From Candidatus Latescibacterota bacterium (lineage in GTDB: Bacteria > Latescibacterota > UBA2968 > GCA-2709665), in NCBI GenBank assembly GCA_965205485.1, contig OZ242180.1, forward strand, positions 2,944,001 through 3,008,000: DNA of 64,000 nt, written 5' to 3'. Of the stretch, positions 19,574 through 29,338 are shown piece after piece. The position numbers were made by a program, and so were the translations under genes. Positions within the stretch are counted from its first letter, which is position 1. Every line of letters starts with the position of its first letter. Below the pieces are notes generated by a model. It did not search any database and was not told the origin of the DNA. It saw only the letters and a list, made by a program, of their open reading frames with translations.

Positions 19574-22500
19574 TTGAATCGAACCATACGGGCGCAGGCG
19601 ATTTCAGCGATATTTCAAGTCTTGATATTGTCTTCTGCCTCCAGTTCCGCCATGGCTCAGCCCGCGTACTCTCCGGGACAGATCCTTGTGAGGTTCAGGT
19701 CGGCGGCGGCCAAGACCGCTGCGGGAAGCCTGGAAAACCTGCATTTGCGGTTTGCGGCCGGCACGCCCGAGCCCGTGTTTCAGCCGCCCGCTGCCCCGGC
19801 CAAACGCGCCGTAGGATTGGCACAGGTTTACCGCCTCGAGATTGACCCGGGTGTAAGTCCAGTGGAAGCCGCAGCCGCCTACACGGAGCACCCGGACGTC
19901 CTCTATGCACAGCCCGTCCACCTCTTCACCCATCACGGCGCGCCGGACGATCCCCGGCTGCCCGATCAGTACGGCCTGGAACAGATCAGATGGCAGATCC
20001 TTCTGGATGGCCTGCCGCCGGGCGAACAGGACGTCATCGTCGCCATCATCGACTCCGGCGTGGACTATACCCACGAAGACCTGGCAGACAATATCTGGAT
20101 CAACACCGTTGAAGCATCCGGTCGGCCGGGCATCGACGACGACAACAACGGGTACGTGGACGACATTCGCGGATGGGACTTCACCCACACCCCGACGCTC
20201 CCTGCAAAGGGAGACTACCTCTCGCCCGACAACGATCCCATGGACGAATCCGGCCACGGCACCCGCGTTGCCGGTATTGCCGCGGCAGTTACGGATAACG
20301 GCGCGGGCATCGCCGGCGTGGCGCCGGACGCCGCGCTGATGTCCCTTCGCGCGGGCGTGACACTGCAATCCGACCTTACGTTTCTTGAGGAAGACGACCT
20401 CGCTGCCGCCATACTCTATGCCGTGGAAAACGGCGCACACATCATCAATATGAGCTGGGGAGGGCCGGAAAGCGCGTTCCTCATCCGCGACGTGGTGCGC
20501 TATGCGGCCGCCAACGGCATTGTTCTCGTCACTTCCGCCGGAAACAGCGGCGAATTGGGTCTTTCCTACCCGGCCGCAATGGACGAAACCATTGCCGTGG
20601 GGGCTACGGCGCCGCAAGACCGGATTGCGGCATTCAGCAGCCGGGGGGTCCCGCTCGACCTCGTCGCGCCCGGCTCCGGCACGCTGACGACCCTTCCGGG
20701 GAACCGGTACGCGTACGCCTCAGGCACGTCCTTCGCGGCGCCCCATATTTCCGGCTTGGCGGCGCTTGTTCTCTCCCGTCGTCCCGATCTCAACTCCGAG
20801 CAGGTCCGCACGCTGTTCGCGGCGTCCGTGATCGACCTCGGGGAGGAGGGTTGGGACAGCAGCAGCGGCGCCGGCCGTATCGATGGGGTGGAATTGCTCG
20901 AAAGAACGACGGGGTGGACCGATCCTCCCGTCGTGCGATTCGACCACCCGAGGACGGACGACGGCGCCAGGCGCAGCGTCGACATCATCGCCCGGGCCGA
21001 TGGACCCAACGTTGCCGGTTACGTACTGTACTCGGGCACGGGAGAAGATCCTCAATCCTGGACCCGGATCGCAGGTGGTCCGCCGGGATCGAACATCCGG
21101 CATTCCTGGACGCCCGATACACAGGACGACACCACCGCCATCCTGCGCCTGCTGGCCCGGCTGACGGACGGAACCGCACTGGAAGATCGGGTACGAATCG
21201 GCATCCGGCCGGCCTTGCCGGTGATATCGAAGGCGTCTTTCGCACCCATACTCATCGGAAACCGTCAGACATACCACGCCGAGTGGTATACCAGACGTCC
21301 TTCCCGCGGCGCCCTGCTCTATCGATCGATCGCGGCGACGCGGGAAGACACCGTGTTCTCGGAAATCATCTACACCCGACATCGCGTCACCCTGCCTCCG
21401 GACCTCGCGCCGGGTTCTCTGGAATACCGGATCATGGCCCGGGACGCCGCCGGACAGGCCGTGGTTTCCGATCCGTTGTCATTCGAGGTGAATCCGCTTC
21501 GTCTCTCCTCACGCGGTTTCGTTCAGGTCGACGCCCTGCCCGACGGGTATCTTGCAAACGAGACCGCCGACTTCGACATGGACGGACGGCTCGAAGTCGT
21601 ACTGATGCCCTACGTCAGCGGCCGTCCCTACAACACGAATCTGATTATGGAGCGTGACGAAAACGGAAACTTCACAACCGTTTTCCGCACCAACGAGTCG
21701 TTCCTGCCATGGGCCCTGGGCGATGCGAACAACGACGGACGCACCGACCTTCTGGGCATAAACTTTCCCCGCACCAACATCGCGCGTCTCCGGCTCTTTG
21801 TCGGGACTCCGTTTCCGTCCGAAACCCTGCTGGATCTCCCTGAAGCCCAGGGCGGCGAAATCATAGATGTCGACGGTGACGGCAGAAACGAGATCGTGGC
21901 CCTTTCGGCGCTGACAAGGGACATTCGTGTATTTGAGAGTACCAGAGAAGGCGCTTTCATCGGAGGCGCCTCCCTCTCGAATCCCACGGACGGCTCCAAC
22001 TGGCCCGGACTTCGGCCCGTCGTTGCGGATCTGAATGGCAACGGGCGGAAGGAAATCCTCTCCGGAGATGACGACGGAGACCTCTGGATCTATGAAGCCC
22101 TTCAGGGCGGCGGTTTCGCACAGACGTGGAAACTGGCGGGCAGCGACAGCACCAACACACACTGGATAGGCGGCGGCGCCGATATCGACGATGACGGCGA
22201 CGTGGAGTTCGTCGTCGCCCGCGCGGCGGAGGACCGGAACGACGCGCTCAACGGGCGGTGGAACCTCGAAATCTATAGCGCGGACGGACCGACTTCCTAT
22301 GCTCTGGAATGGTCGATTCGCGTCTCGGGTGTGATTTCCACGGGAAACGGCATTGCGACTGGGGACGTCGACGGCAACGGAATTCCCGACCTCGCCGTCT
22401 GTCTGCTCCCGGACCTCTACCTGATCCGCGCCACCGGGCCGGATTCGTACGAGCCCGTCTGGCACGAGACCGTTTCATTGACGTACCGTCCCCTTATTGC

Positions 22501-23320
22501 GGATCTGGACAGGGATGGTTACGCGGAACTGCTCTACAACCGGGACGGCGCCGTGCGTCTGATGGAACGTACGGAGCCGGGAATCAGGAGGTTGCTGCAG
22601 CTCGTTCACGCCTATCCGTTGGGACCGGACAGCGTCCGGCTCGCCTGGACGCCTTTGGAGGGCGCCGCCTATCGTATCCTGCGCGGCGTCGAAGGAAGTT
22701 CGCTTGACGCCGTAGTCGACAGGCTTACAGGCAATACGTACACGGACACCGGCCTGGACGAAAACAGAGCGTATCGATACGTGGTGGTTGCCACGTTGCC
22801 GGATGGCGATGAGATCCGTTCCGAAACACGCACCCTGCGTCCCAACCCCGCGCCGGTACTGAATCGCGTGGAAGTCCTTCACGAAAACAACCTCTCCCTC
22901 ACGTTCAGCGAACCGATGTCGGCCGGAACGGCCGAACCGCACGGATATTCGGTCGCCCCTGATCTGGGTCATCCGACCTCGGTGATTCTTGACCGTACGG
23001 GCCGGCGTGCCTTGCTGTCGTTTTCAATGCCGTTTGAAGCCGGCCGTGAGTACACCGTTACGTGTTCCATGGCCGCTGACACGACCGGCGTACCCCTCGA
23101 TTCCAGTTACCGGACCCTATCGTTTACGTCCGGGCGGACCACGTATCCTTCTGCGGCTGTCGCCGATTTCGACGACAGCGGCAGGGTTGATTTTTCAGAC
23201 TTCCTGCTATTCGCCGGCGCCTTCGGCTCCACCGATCCCCGGTTCGATCTGGACGACGACGGCAACGTCGGATTCTCGGACTTCGTGCGGTTTGCTTTCC
23301 TGTTCGGCAAGGTGGTATAG
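19574..23320 (+). CDS. Secreted S8 subtilisin-like protease with FG-GAP/VCBS repeats, Fn3/Ig-like domains and C-terminal dockerin/EF-hand-like tail
   Basis: Triad IIDSG / GHGT / GTSFAAP; repeated D.DGDG..E/D motifs; TTG start after GGAGAGG RBS with signal peptide. Confidence 0.88.
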   Translation: MNRTIRAQAISAIFQVLILSSASSSAMAQPAYSPGQILVRFRSAAAKTAAGSLENLHLRFAAGTPEPVFQPPAAPAKRAVGLAQVYRLEIDPGVSPVEAAAAYTEHPDVLYAQPVHLFTHHGAPDDPRLPDQYGLEQIRWQILLDGLPPGEQDVIVAIIDSGVDYTHEDLADNIWINTVEASGRPGIDDDNNGYVDDIRGWDFTHTPTLPAKGDYLSPDNDPMDESGHGTRVAGIAAAVTDNGAGIAGVAPDAALMSLRAGVTLQSDLTFLEEDDLAAAILYAVENGAHIINMSWGGPESAFLIRDVVRYAAANGIVLVTSAGNSGELGLSYPAAMDETIAVGATAPQDRIAAFSSRGVPLDLVAPGSGTLTTLPGNRYAYASGTSFAAPHISGLAALVLSRRPDLNSEQVRTLFAASVIDLGEEGWDSSSGAGRIDGVELLERTTGWTDPPVVRFDHPRTDDGARRSVDIIARADGPNVAGYVLYSGTGEDPQSWTRIAGGPPGSNIRHSWTPDTQDDTTAILRLLARLTDGTALEDRVRIGIRPALPVISKASFAPILIGNRQTYHAEWYTRRPSRGALLYRSIAATREDTVFSEIIYTRHRVTLPPDLAPGSLEYRIMARDAAGQAVVSDPLSFEVNPLRLSSRGFVQVDALPDGYLANETADFDMDGRLEVVLMPYVSGRPYNTNLIMERDENGNFTTVFRTNESFLPWALGDANNDGRTDLLGINFPRTNIARLRLFVGTPFPSETLLDLPEAQGGEIIDVDGDGRNEIVALSALTRDIRVFESTREGAFIGGASLSNPTDGSNWPGLRPVVADLNGNGRKEILSGDDDGDLWIYEALQGGGFAQTWKLAGSDSTNTHWIGGGADIDDDGDVEFVVARAAEDRNDALNGRWNLEIYSADGPTSYALEWSIRVSGVISTGNGIATGDVDGNGIPDLAVCLLPDLYLIRATGPDSYEPVWHETVSLTYRPLIADLDRDGYAELLYNRDGAVRLMERTEPGIRRLLQLVHAYPLGPDSVRLAWTPLEGAAYRILRGVEGSSLDAVVDRLTGNTYTDTGLDENRAYRYVVVATLPDGDEIRSETRTLRPNPAPVLNRVEVLHENNLSLTFSEPMSAGTAEPHGYSVAPDLGHPTSVILDRTGRRALLSFSMPFEAGREYTVTCSMAADTTGVPLDSSYRTLSFTSGRTTYPSAAVADFDDSGRVDFSDFLLFAGAFGSTDPRFDLDDDGNVGFSDFVRFAFLFGKVV

Positions 23321-23647
23321 CAGCCCGTTGAAAAAGTCCATCCGGGCTACGGCCGGCCCTTGCGGTCGAAATACTGCGTTGCGCGCCCTCGCCGAATCGC
23401 TGGATGGGACTCGGTTGCGCGCCTTGTCTTCGGCCACAAAGGCAAGTGTTCTGTCTCGGAAATAGATTGCCGAGATTCGACCGCCGAGTCGCCCGGCTGG
23501 CAAGGCGCCTGAGCAAGGCGACCTGCGCAAGGTCACCGAGCGAAGGCAACGCCGCCAGACGGGATGAATCGGCGGATGAATGGTGACATATTTCCGGGAC
23601 GGGACACCATGCCTCGCCTGCAGAGCAACTTTCTCAACGGACTGCTA
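23318..23647. mobile_element. MITE-like family B copy carrying a nested family C element
   Basis: B inverted ends with TA flanks; starts at TAG stop of the S8 gene. Confidence 0.85.
23446..23607. mobile_element. MITE-like family C element nested in B
   Basis: Inverted ends GTGTTCTGTCTCGGAAATA / TATTTCCGGGACGGGACAC; segment absent from other B copies. Confidence 0.75.
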
Positions 23648-23658
23648 GCCTGTGGATC

Positions 23659-24969
23659 TCATGCCTTCACGCGCCGCTTCTTCATCCATTCGATTGCCCA
23701 GACAAGGGCGAACCCGCCGAATAGCACGGACTTCGCCCAGACCGCCTCCTCCCATACGCCTTCGCTCGCGAATCTGATCAGGATGTGATATGAAACCGCG
23801 ATCAGGCCCGTAAAGATCAGCCACGCCGGCTGCCTGTAGAAGACCATGAAGGGTATCATCCAGATCGCATACCATGGGTGCAAGGTTGGCGTGAGTAACA
23901 GGAACGCGCCGACAAGGAAGAACCCTGCCTGGATCGGCGGCATCCTGCTGAACGTGAAGAGAATCACCGCTCCGCCAAACCCGACCGCAATAACGGCGCG
24001 CGCCCAAAGAGGGTTATCCAGCACGTAACTCAGGATGTCGAAGACCGGCGCATTGAAGCTCCAGTGTTCGGCATAGGTGAGGAACCCTGTAAAGAGGGTG
24101 TCTCCAGCCTCGCTGTAGGGCAGGTACCCGGCCGCTGCCGCTGCGATGAAGACCAGCGCAGGCCAGATGACCTGCGGTCTGAAGCCGGCCGGCAGGCTCC
24201 CCTCGGAACTTCGGGAGATTCTGCCGCAGATCCATCGAAAGAAAACCGGTACCAGGCAGATGGCAAAGAACTTGCTCAAGAAGGAGAGCGCCAGCGCGGC
24301 GAATGCCCTCGCGTAACCTCCAATCTGAAGATAGAGGAACGCAAAGACCATGAAGGAAACACCCAGCGCATCTATGTGACCGTTGCCCGCCACCTCCACC
24401 GGCAGCAGGGGATGCCAGAGGTAGATGAGCAATTGACCCGGATGCTGATCGTAAAGCCGTATCAGGCCCAATAGAAACCAGGCCGTCAGCAGGTCGAAGA
24501 GGACGAGGCCCGCCTTTATGGTCCAGATCGACGGATGTATGAGATAGCAGACGCGGAAGAATATCTGTGCCAGCGGGGGATAGATGGTGGGTACGTCGGG
24601 GTGGTTTACATGGGGGAAGACCTCGTCGTCCTTGAGGTGGGCGAGCGCTTCGGAAGCAGGTGGATGCAGGTAGGGGTTTATCCCCGCAGCCTGCACCCGT
24701 CCGTCCCACAGGTACCGATAAACGTCGTCCGAGAGGCCGGGCGCTGAAAACAGCAGAATGACGCGGAACAGAACGCCAAACAGCACGACAGTCTTCAGAG
24801 AAGCCCCGGAACAACGCCAGACCGCCGCCAGATAGAACACCATCCACAGGCCGAACAGAAGAAAAAAAAGCGGCATCCTGTGCCGGGTTTCACCCAGCGC
24901 CAGTATGCCGATTGCACAAACGCCGATCAAGACGCCGAAAATCAAGAATCTGCTTTGCCCGACCCCCAT
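23659..24969 (-). CDS. GT-C fold membrane glycosyltransferase (GT87/DUF2029-like)
   Basis: LSDDVYRYLWDG..Q..GINPY, TIYPP, GH.D, HPWY; many TM segments. Confidence 0.82.
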   Translation of the reverse strand: MGVGQSRFLIFGVLIGVCAIGILALGETRHRMPLFFLLFGLWMVFYLAAVWRCSGASLKTVVLFGVLFRVILLFSAPGLSDDVYRYLWDGRVQAAGINPYLHPPASEALAHLKDDEVFPHVNHPDVPTIYPPLAQIFFRVCYLIHPSIWTIKAGLVLFDLLTAWFLLGLIRLYDQHPGQLLIYLWHPLLPVEVAGNGHIDALGVSFMVFAFLYLQIGGYARAFAALALSFLSKFFAICLVPVFFRWICGRISRSSEGSLPAGFRPQVIWPALVFIAAAAAGYLPYSEAGDTLFTGFLTYAEHWSFNAPVFDILSYVLDNPLWARAVIAVGFGGAVILFTFSRMPPIQAGFFLVGAFLLLTPTLHPWYAIWMIPFMVFYRQPAWLIFTGLIAVSYHILIRFASEGVWEEAVWAKSVLFGGFALVWAIEWMKKRRVKA

Positions 24970-25025
24970 ACATGCACCGCTTGACAGGCGTATTCACACA
25001 GTGTCTTTTCCGGGAATAGAGAATA

Positions 25026-25529
25026 CTAACGGCGGATCGAAACAACCCTGGCCCTGCGCCGCAAAACCTCATCCGGTACGAGTTCGCGGATTGTATTTCG
25101 ACTCTCCCGGTCCATTGCCCAGTAGTCCTCGATCCAATATCGCCGGCCGTTCTCGTCCGTTACCGTGATCGATGGCGGTTTCGAACCGTCCAGCGCCTCC
25201 CGGTCCTGGGTTCGGAACACGATCTCACCATCTTCCGTGACAACAGTCCATTCACCGCCCGTTCCGCGAGGCGCCACCGACAGGATTTCCCGAATCCGTG
25301 GAATATAGTAGGTATCTTTCAACGCGGCGTTCAAAATTCCCTGAGAGTCCGCGTCCAGTGTACCGGGATCTTCAATCAGGCAGATTTCATGTCCGTCTTC
25401 TCCCAACAGTCCCACGAAGCGGCCGGGGTTGCTTTTCGGGAACGCCCTCGCAACCCGGGCTACAGGCTGAACACTGCCCCCGATAACGGCCAATAAGCCG
25501 TCCTTGCGCTGGATCAACCGGACTTTCAT
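25026..25529 (-). CDS. DUF1854 domain protein
   Basis: RAFP.S.P, E...I.D...L, Y.IP.I..I, W.V.T..G, D..G.RY.I.D. Confidence 0.75.
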   Translation of the reverse strand: MKVRLIQRKDGLLAVIGGSVQPVARVARAFPKSNPGRFVGLLGEDGHEICLIEDPGTLDADSQGILNAALKDTYYIPRIREILSVAPRGTGGEWTVVTEDGEIVFRTQDREALDGSKPPSITVTDENGRRYWIEDYWAMDRESRNTIRELVPDEVLRRRARVVSIRR

Positions 25530-25584
25530 CGCGTCTTCATTTAACGGACACTGAAATCGACTGATGGAAACTGAAATCGACCGT

Positions 25585-26475
25585 CTATCGGACGATGCGG
25601 TGGCCCGGGTCCCGCCGGAGGACAATCTCGCCGCGTTTGAAAACCCGAACCGTACCTGTAGACTCCGAAACCGCCACCGCGATCGCATTGGTGTTCTTGG
25701 ATACCGCTGCCGCGGCAACATGACGCGCACCCAGCCCCTTGGGCAGGGTAAGACCCCTCACGTATGACGTGATATAGCGACAACCTGAGCGAATGACGCC
25801 ATCCTCCTGGACGATGAAGGCGCCGTCCATCAATGCAACCTCCTTAACGCCTTCGCGGTTATCGGGATCGCAGATGTTCCGCTCCCGTCTTGAATACCCG
25901 CGGAACGGATCGTACGTCATCACCCGTGAGTTGGCCAGGACGCGGTCGGAGTCGCCCAGCACGAAGAGTGTGCCGACCTGCTCTCCTTCCCTGCCTTCAC
26001 GTCCAATGTCCAGGGCGATATCCAGCACGGATTTAACCACCTCAACGGGCAGATCGCCCGCCAGTTGAGCCAGGCTCTCCGGATCAAAGTCCTCGAACTC
26101 CCAGCGGGTGTCCACGGTCATGAGTGTGTCCACGCCGCCGTGTTCCATGACATTTGCAAGGCAGATCAGCCGGCTTCCCTTCTTGATGTGACCGGCCTCC
26201 ATGCCCAGCACAATGCCATGCCGTACCCTCTCCAGGTGGGAGCCATCGTCGAAATCAAGCGTCAACCGGCGAACGCCCAAACTCTCGATGCCCTGAAGAA
26301 ACCGGTTGCGACGCGTAACCAGCAGCACCGGACAGGATTCATTCAGGGTTTGCACCGCGGGCCTGGTCACGCCGGAATCCGCCACGATCAGCACGAGATC
26401 TGCGCCAATTTCGCCGGAGAGACCGGCGGCCGTTTTCAACAACGCGTGTGCTCTGGATCGATTCTGTTTCGCCAC
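25585..26475 (-). CDS. Diadenylate cyclase (DisA_N/DAC domain with extra N-terminal domain, DacZ-like)
   Basis: EGREG..VGTLFV, DGAF, GLGARH, VSESTG. Confidence 0.82.
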   Translation of the reverse strand: MAKQNRSRAHALLKTAAGLSGEIGADLVLIVADSGVTRPAVQTLNESCPVLLVTRRNRFLQGIESLGVRRLTLDFDDGSHLERVRHGIVLGMEAGHIKKGSRLICLANVMEHGGVDTLMTVDTRWEFEDFDPESLAQLAGDLPVEVVKSVLDIALDIGREGREGEQVGTLFVLGDSDRVLANSRVMTYDPFRGYSRRERNICDPDNREGVKEVALMDGAFIVQEDGVIRSGCRYITSYVRGLTLPKGLGARHVAAAAVSKNTNAIAVAVSESTGTVRVFKRGEIVLRRDPGHRIVR

Positions 26476-26480
26476 GTTTG

Positions 26481-27119
26481 CTATCTCCGGGACCCGAATC
26501 GGCGCTTCCTGCCGTACGTTACCGGTTCTTCGCTCTGATTCACGGTCACACCGCCATCCGAATCCGGCCTCGGCGCATCTTCGGCAGAGAGAAACCGGGG
26601 TGGAATTTCCCGAGCGAGAATCGTGGGTCCGCAGTCGAAGAATTGAACCCCGTCCGCGGCGGCCTTTCTTGCGTCCACCCGTATGACAGCCCCCGGACCC
26701 CGCCGGTGTCCCCCAAGCCTTCGCGCAACGTCAGCGCCAAAGGAGAGGTGGACGTATTGCCTGTCTACGGGCTTCAAGCCCCTCGTCAGGATGGCTTCCA
26801 CTTCGGATACGGTTGCGCCCTTGTAAAGGTGTTCCGGTGGTTTCACGGGATCTGTTCCCAGATCCATCTGAATACTATGACCGTAGCGGGCGCGGATCCG
26901 CCCGTCGACAATCTCAAATCGTTTCTTGTCGGCTTTGTAAACCAGTGCTTCTACGTCCCCGGCTTCGATGTCGGCATCCTGTTTTTTTAACGCGGATATC
27001 ACGGCGTCGAAATCCGCGAAGCCGAACCCGTCGACCTGGATGCCGAACTCTTCCGGCCGATGCCTGAGCATCAGTGAAAGCAGCTTGGATACCCTGACTT
27101 GAGATCTGTAATCGTCCAT
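26481..27119 (-). CDS. kptA: RNA 2'-phosphotransferase (Tpt1/KptA)
   Basis: SKLLSLMLRH.P, K.RF, IRARYGHS, GLKP..RQYVHLS. Confidence 0.9.
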   Translation of the reverse strand: MDDYRSQVRVSKLLSLMLRHRPEEFGIQVDGFGFADFDAVISALKKQDADIEAGDVEALVYKADKKRFEIVDGRIRARYGHSIQMDLGTDPVKPPEHLYKGATVSEVEAILTRGLKPVDRQYVHLSFGADVARRLGGHRRGPGAVIRVDARKAAADGVQFFDCGPTILAREIPPRFLSAEDAPRPDSDGGVTVNQSEEPVTYGRKRRFGSRR

Positions 27120-27234
27120 ATATTTCCCTCGGAATGACAATACCAATGTTTCGATTCGGTTCGAACACGCTGGAATTTGTTGCCTCACGGGCCGGCAGGG
27201 CGCCGGCCCGATCCGACCCGTCGAGGGCCATGCA

Positions 27235-28613
27235 TCAGAAAGGATCGTCCCGGTAGGTTTCGTACTCTTCAAACCGCAAATAGTCGCTCATGAACCTTAG
27301 ATCCACACTTCCGGTAGGTCCGTTGCGTTGCTTGCCGATGATGACCTCGGCCTTGTCCTGTTGTGGATTTCCCTCTTCATCGGGTATGCCGTACACCTCC
27401 GGCCGGTACAGAAAGGCAACCACGTCGGCGTCCTGCTCGATGCTGCCGCTTTCACGCAAATCGGAAAGCTGCGGCCGTCTGTCCGTCCGGGACTCAACCG
27501 CGCGGGACAACTGCGCACACGCGACGACGGGCAGGTCGAGTTCCTTGGCCAGCGCCTTGAGCGATCGCGAAATACTCGCGATTTCCTGTTCCCGGTTGTC
27601 CACCCGCGCTGAAGTTGTCATCAACTGAAGGTAATCCACGACGATCATTCCGATGCCGTGCTCCAACTTGGCGCGGCGGGCCTTGGCCCGCAGCTCCAGG
27701 ACGGAGACACCCGGCGTGTCGTCAATAAAAAACGGCGCCTGCGACAGCTTTCCGGTCCAGGTCGCCAACCGCTCCCATTCTTCCGCTGACAGCCTTCCGG
27801 TACGCAGTCCGTGCGACGACACCCGGGCTTCGGCGCAGAGCAGACGTATCGCGAGTTGCTGCATGCTCATTTCCAGCGAGAAATAGAGTACCGGTATTTC
27901 CTCTTCGACCGCGGCATTTCGCGCCATGCAAAGCGTCAACGCGGTTTTTCCCATTGCAGGGCGGGACGCAATGATAATCAGATCGGAAGGCTGCAGTCCG
28001 GCCGTTATCCTGTCAAGATCAGCGTATCCGGTGGTAACGCCCGAAAGTGCGCCGGCTTGCTTCTGGGCTTTTTCGATAAGCTCAAATGTCTCGTGCAGTT
28101 TCGACTGCAGCGAAACGACGCCCTGTCCGAGTTCGCCTTCAGCAATTCGAAACACGCGCTGTTCGGCCCGGTCGATGACCTCGTTGACCTCTTCGCCTCG
28201 TCGTAACATTCCGCGATTGTCTGCGTGGACGCGTCGATCAACCTGCGGCGCTGAGCCCGTTCGAGTACGATCCTGGCGTGGAATTCCGCGTTTGCGCCGG
28301 TTGCCATTTCGCCGCCCAGGCTGGCAACGAAGGCGTACCCGCCCACGTCCTCGAATTGCCCGCGGCGTTTCAGTTCTTCCGCAACCGTCACCTCATCCAC
28401 CGGCAGTCCCCGCTCGGTCAATGCGAGTACGGCCGCAAAGACCCTGCGGTTTGCCGTATGGTAAAACGCCGTCTCGTCGCCAAGGACCTCGATCACCCGG
28501 CTGATGGCCGCGTTATCGATGAACATAGCGCCGAGAACCGCCCGCTCGACCTCCAGCGCCTGGGGCTGCGGACGGTCGACGGGAGTCTGTGCGCTCGATG
28601 GTTGGGACGCCAT
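27235..28613 (-). CDS. dnaB: Replicative DNA helicase, split by a 1-nt frameshift at about 28197
   Basis: N-terminal ORF (PQALEVERAVLG) plus C-terminal ORF (RPAMGKT, FSLEM, VDYLQL, SDLRESGSIEQDAD, KQRNGP). Confidence 0.93.
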
Positions 28614-28672
28614 AGGATCACGCAATGAGCAGAATCTTGTCCAGACGAGGAATCGAGAACACGTGGATGAAC

Positions 28673-29338
28673 TTAACCGGCCGCGTCGTCGTACACGCGC
28701 CTGAGCAGTTGCAAATCCTCCCAGGCGGGGCGTTTCCAGTGCCGGTTTCGCAGGAGCGCGGCCGGATGATAGGTGGGAATCAGATGTTTGCCGCGGTACG
28801 AAAACTGCCGACCGCGCAGACTGCCCATCGGTTCATCGGTTTCCAACAGGGTCCGCGCGGCGAATAGACCAAGTGCGCAGATCGCAACCGGCTGAACGAG
28901 CTCGATCTGCCGTTCGAGGAAGGGCCTGCACGTCCTCACTTCTTCCGGCTTCGGGTCCCGGTTACCCGGCGGCCTGCATTTGATTACATTCGCAATATAG
29001 ACCTCGTCACGCTGAAACCCGATGGCCTCGATCATGCGCGTGAGCAGTTCTCCGGCCGGGCCGACGAACGGCAGTCCCGTCCTGTCTTCTTCCGCACCCG
29101 GCGCTTCACCGATAAACATCAGACCGGCATCCGGATTGCCGCTGCCGAAGACAACGGTGCGCCGGCTCTCGCAGAGTCCGCACATCCGGCAGTCGCGGAT
29201 CGTTTCGTGAAAGCCGGCAAGCCGCGTATCCGCGTCGGCGCGCGCGAGCCTGAACTCGCTCAGACCGAATTCCGCCTGCGTTTCAACGAACGTCCGGACG
29301 GCTTCCAGGGTCTCTTTCGTCTCAGTTTCTAGGTCCAC
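28673..29338 (-). CDS. Uracil-DNA glycosylase family 4
   Basis: [37 protein letters not shown]; start uncertain (29338 or 29353). Confidence 0.92.
   Translation of the reverse strand: MDLETETKETLEAVRTFVETQAEFGLSEFRLARADADTRLAGFHETIRDCRMCGLCESRRTVVFGSGNPDAGLMFIGEAPGAEEDRTGLPFVGPAGELLTRMIEAIGFQRDEVYIANVIKCRPPGNRDPKPEEVRTCRPFLERQIELVQPVAICALGLFAARTLLETDEPMGSLRGRQFSYRGKHLIPTYHPAALLRNRHWKRPAWEDLQLLRRVYDDAAG

Noticed and set aside
24999..25020. Possible family C end AGTGTCTTTTCCGGGAATAG
   Set aside because: Short degenerate match with no partner end
27235..28613. Split intein or programmed frameshift in dnaB
   Set aside because: No intein motifs or extra sequence and no slippery site; a single G restores a normal protein
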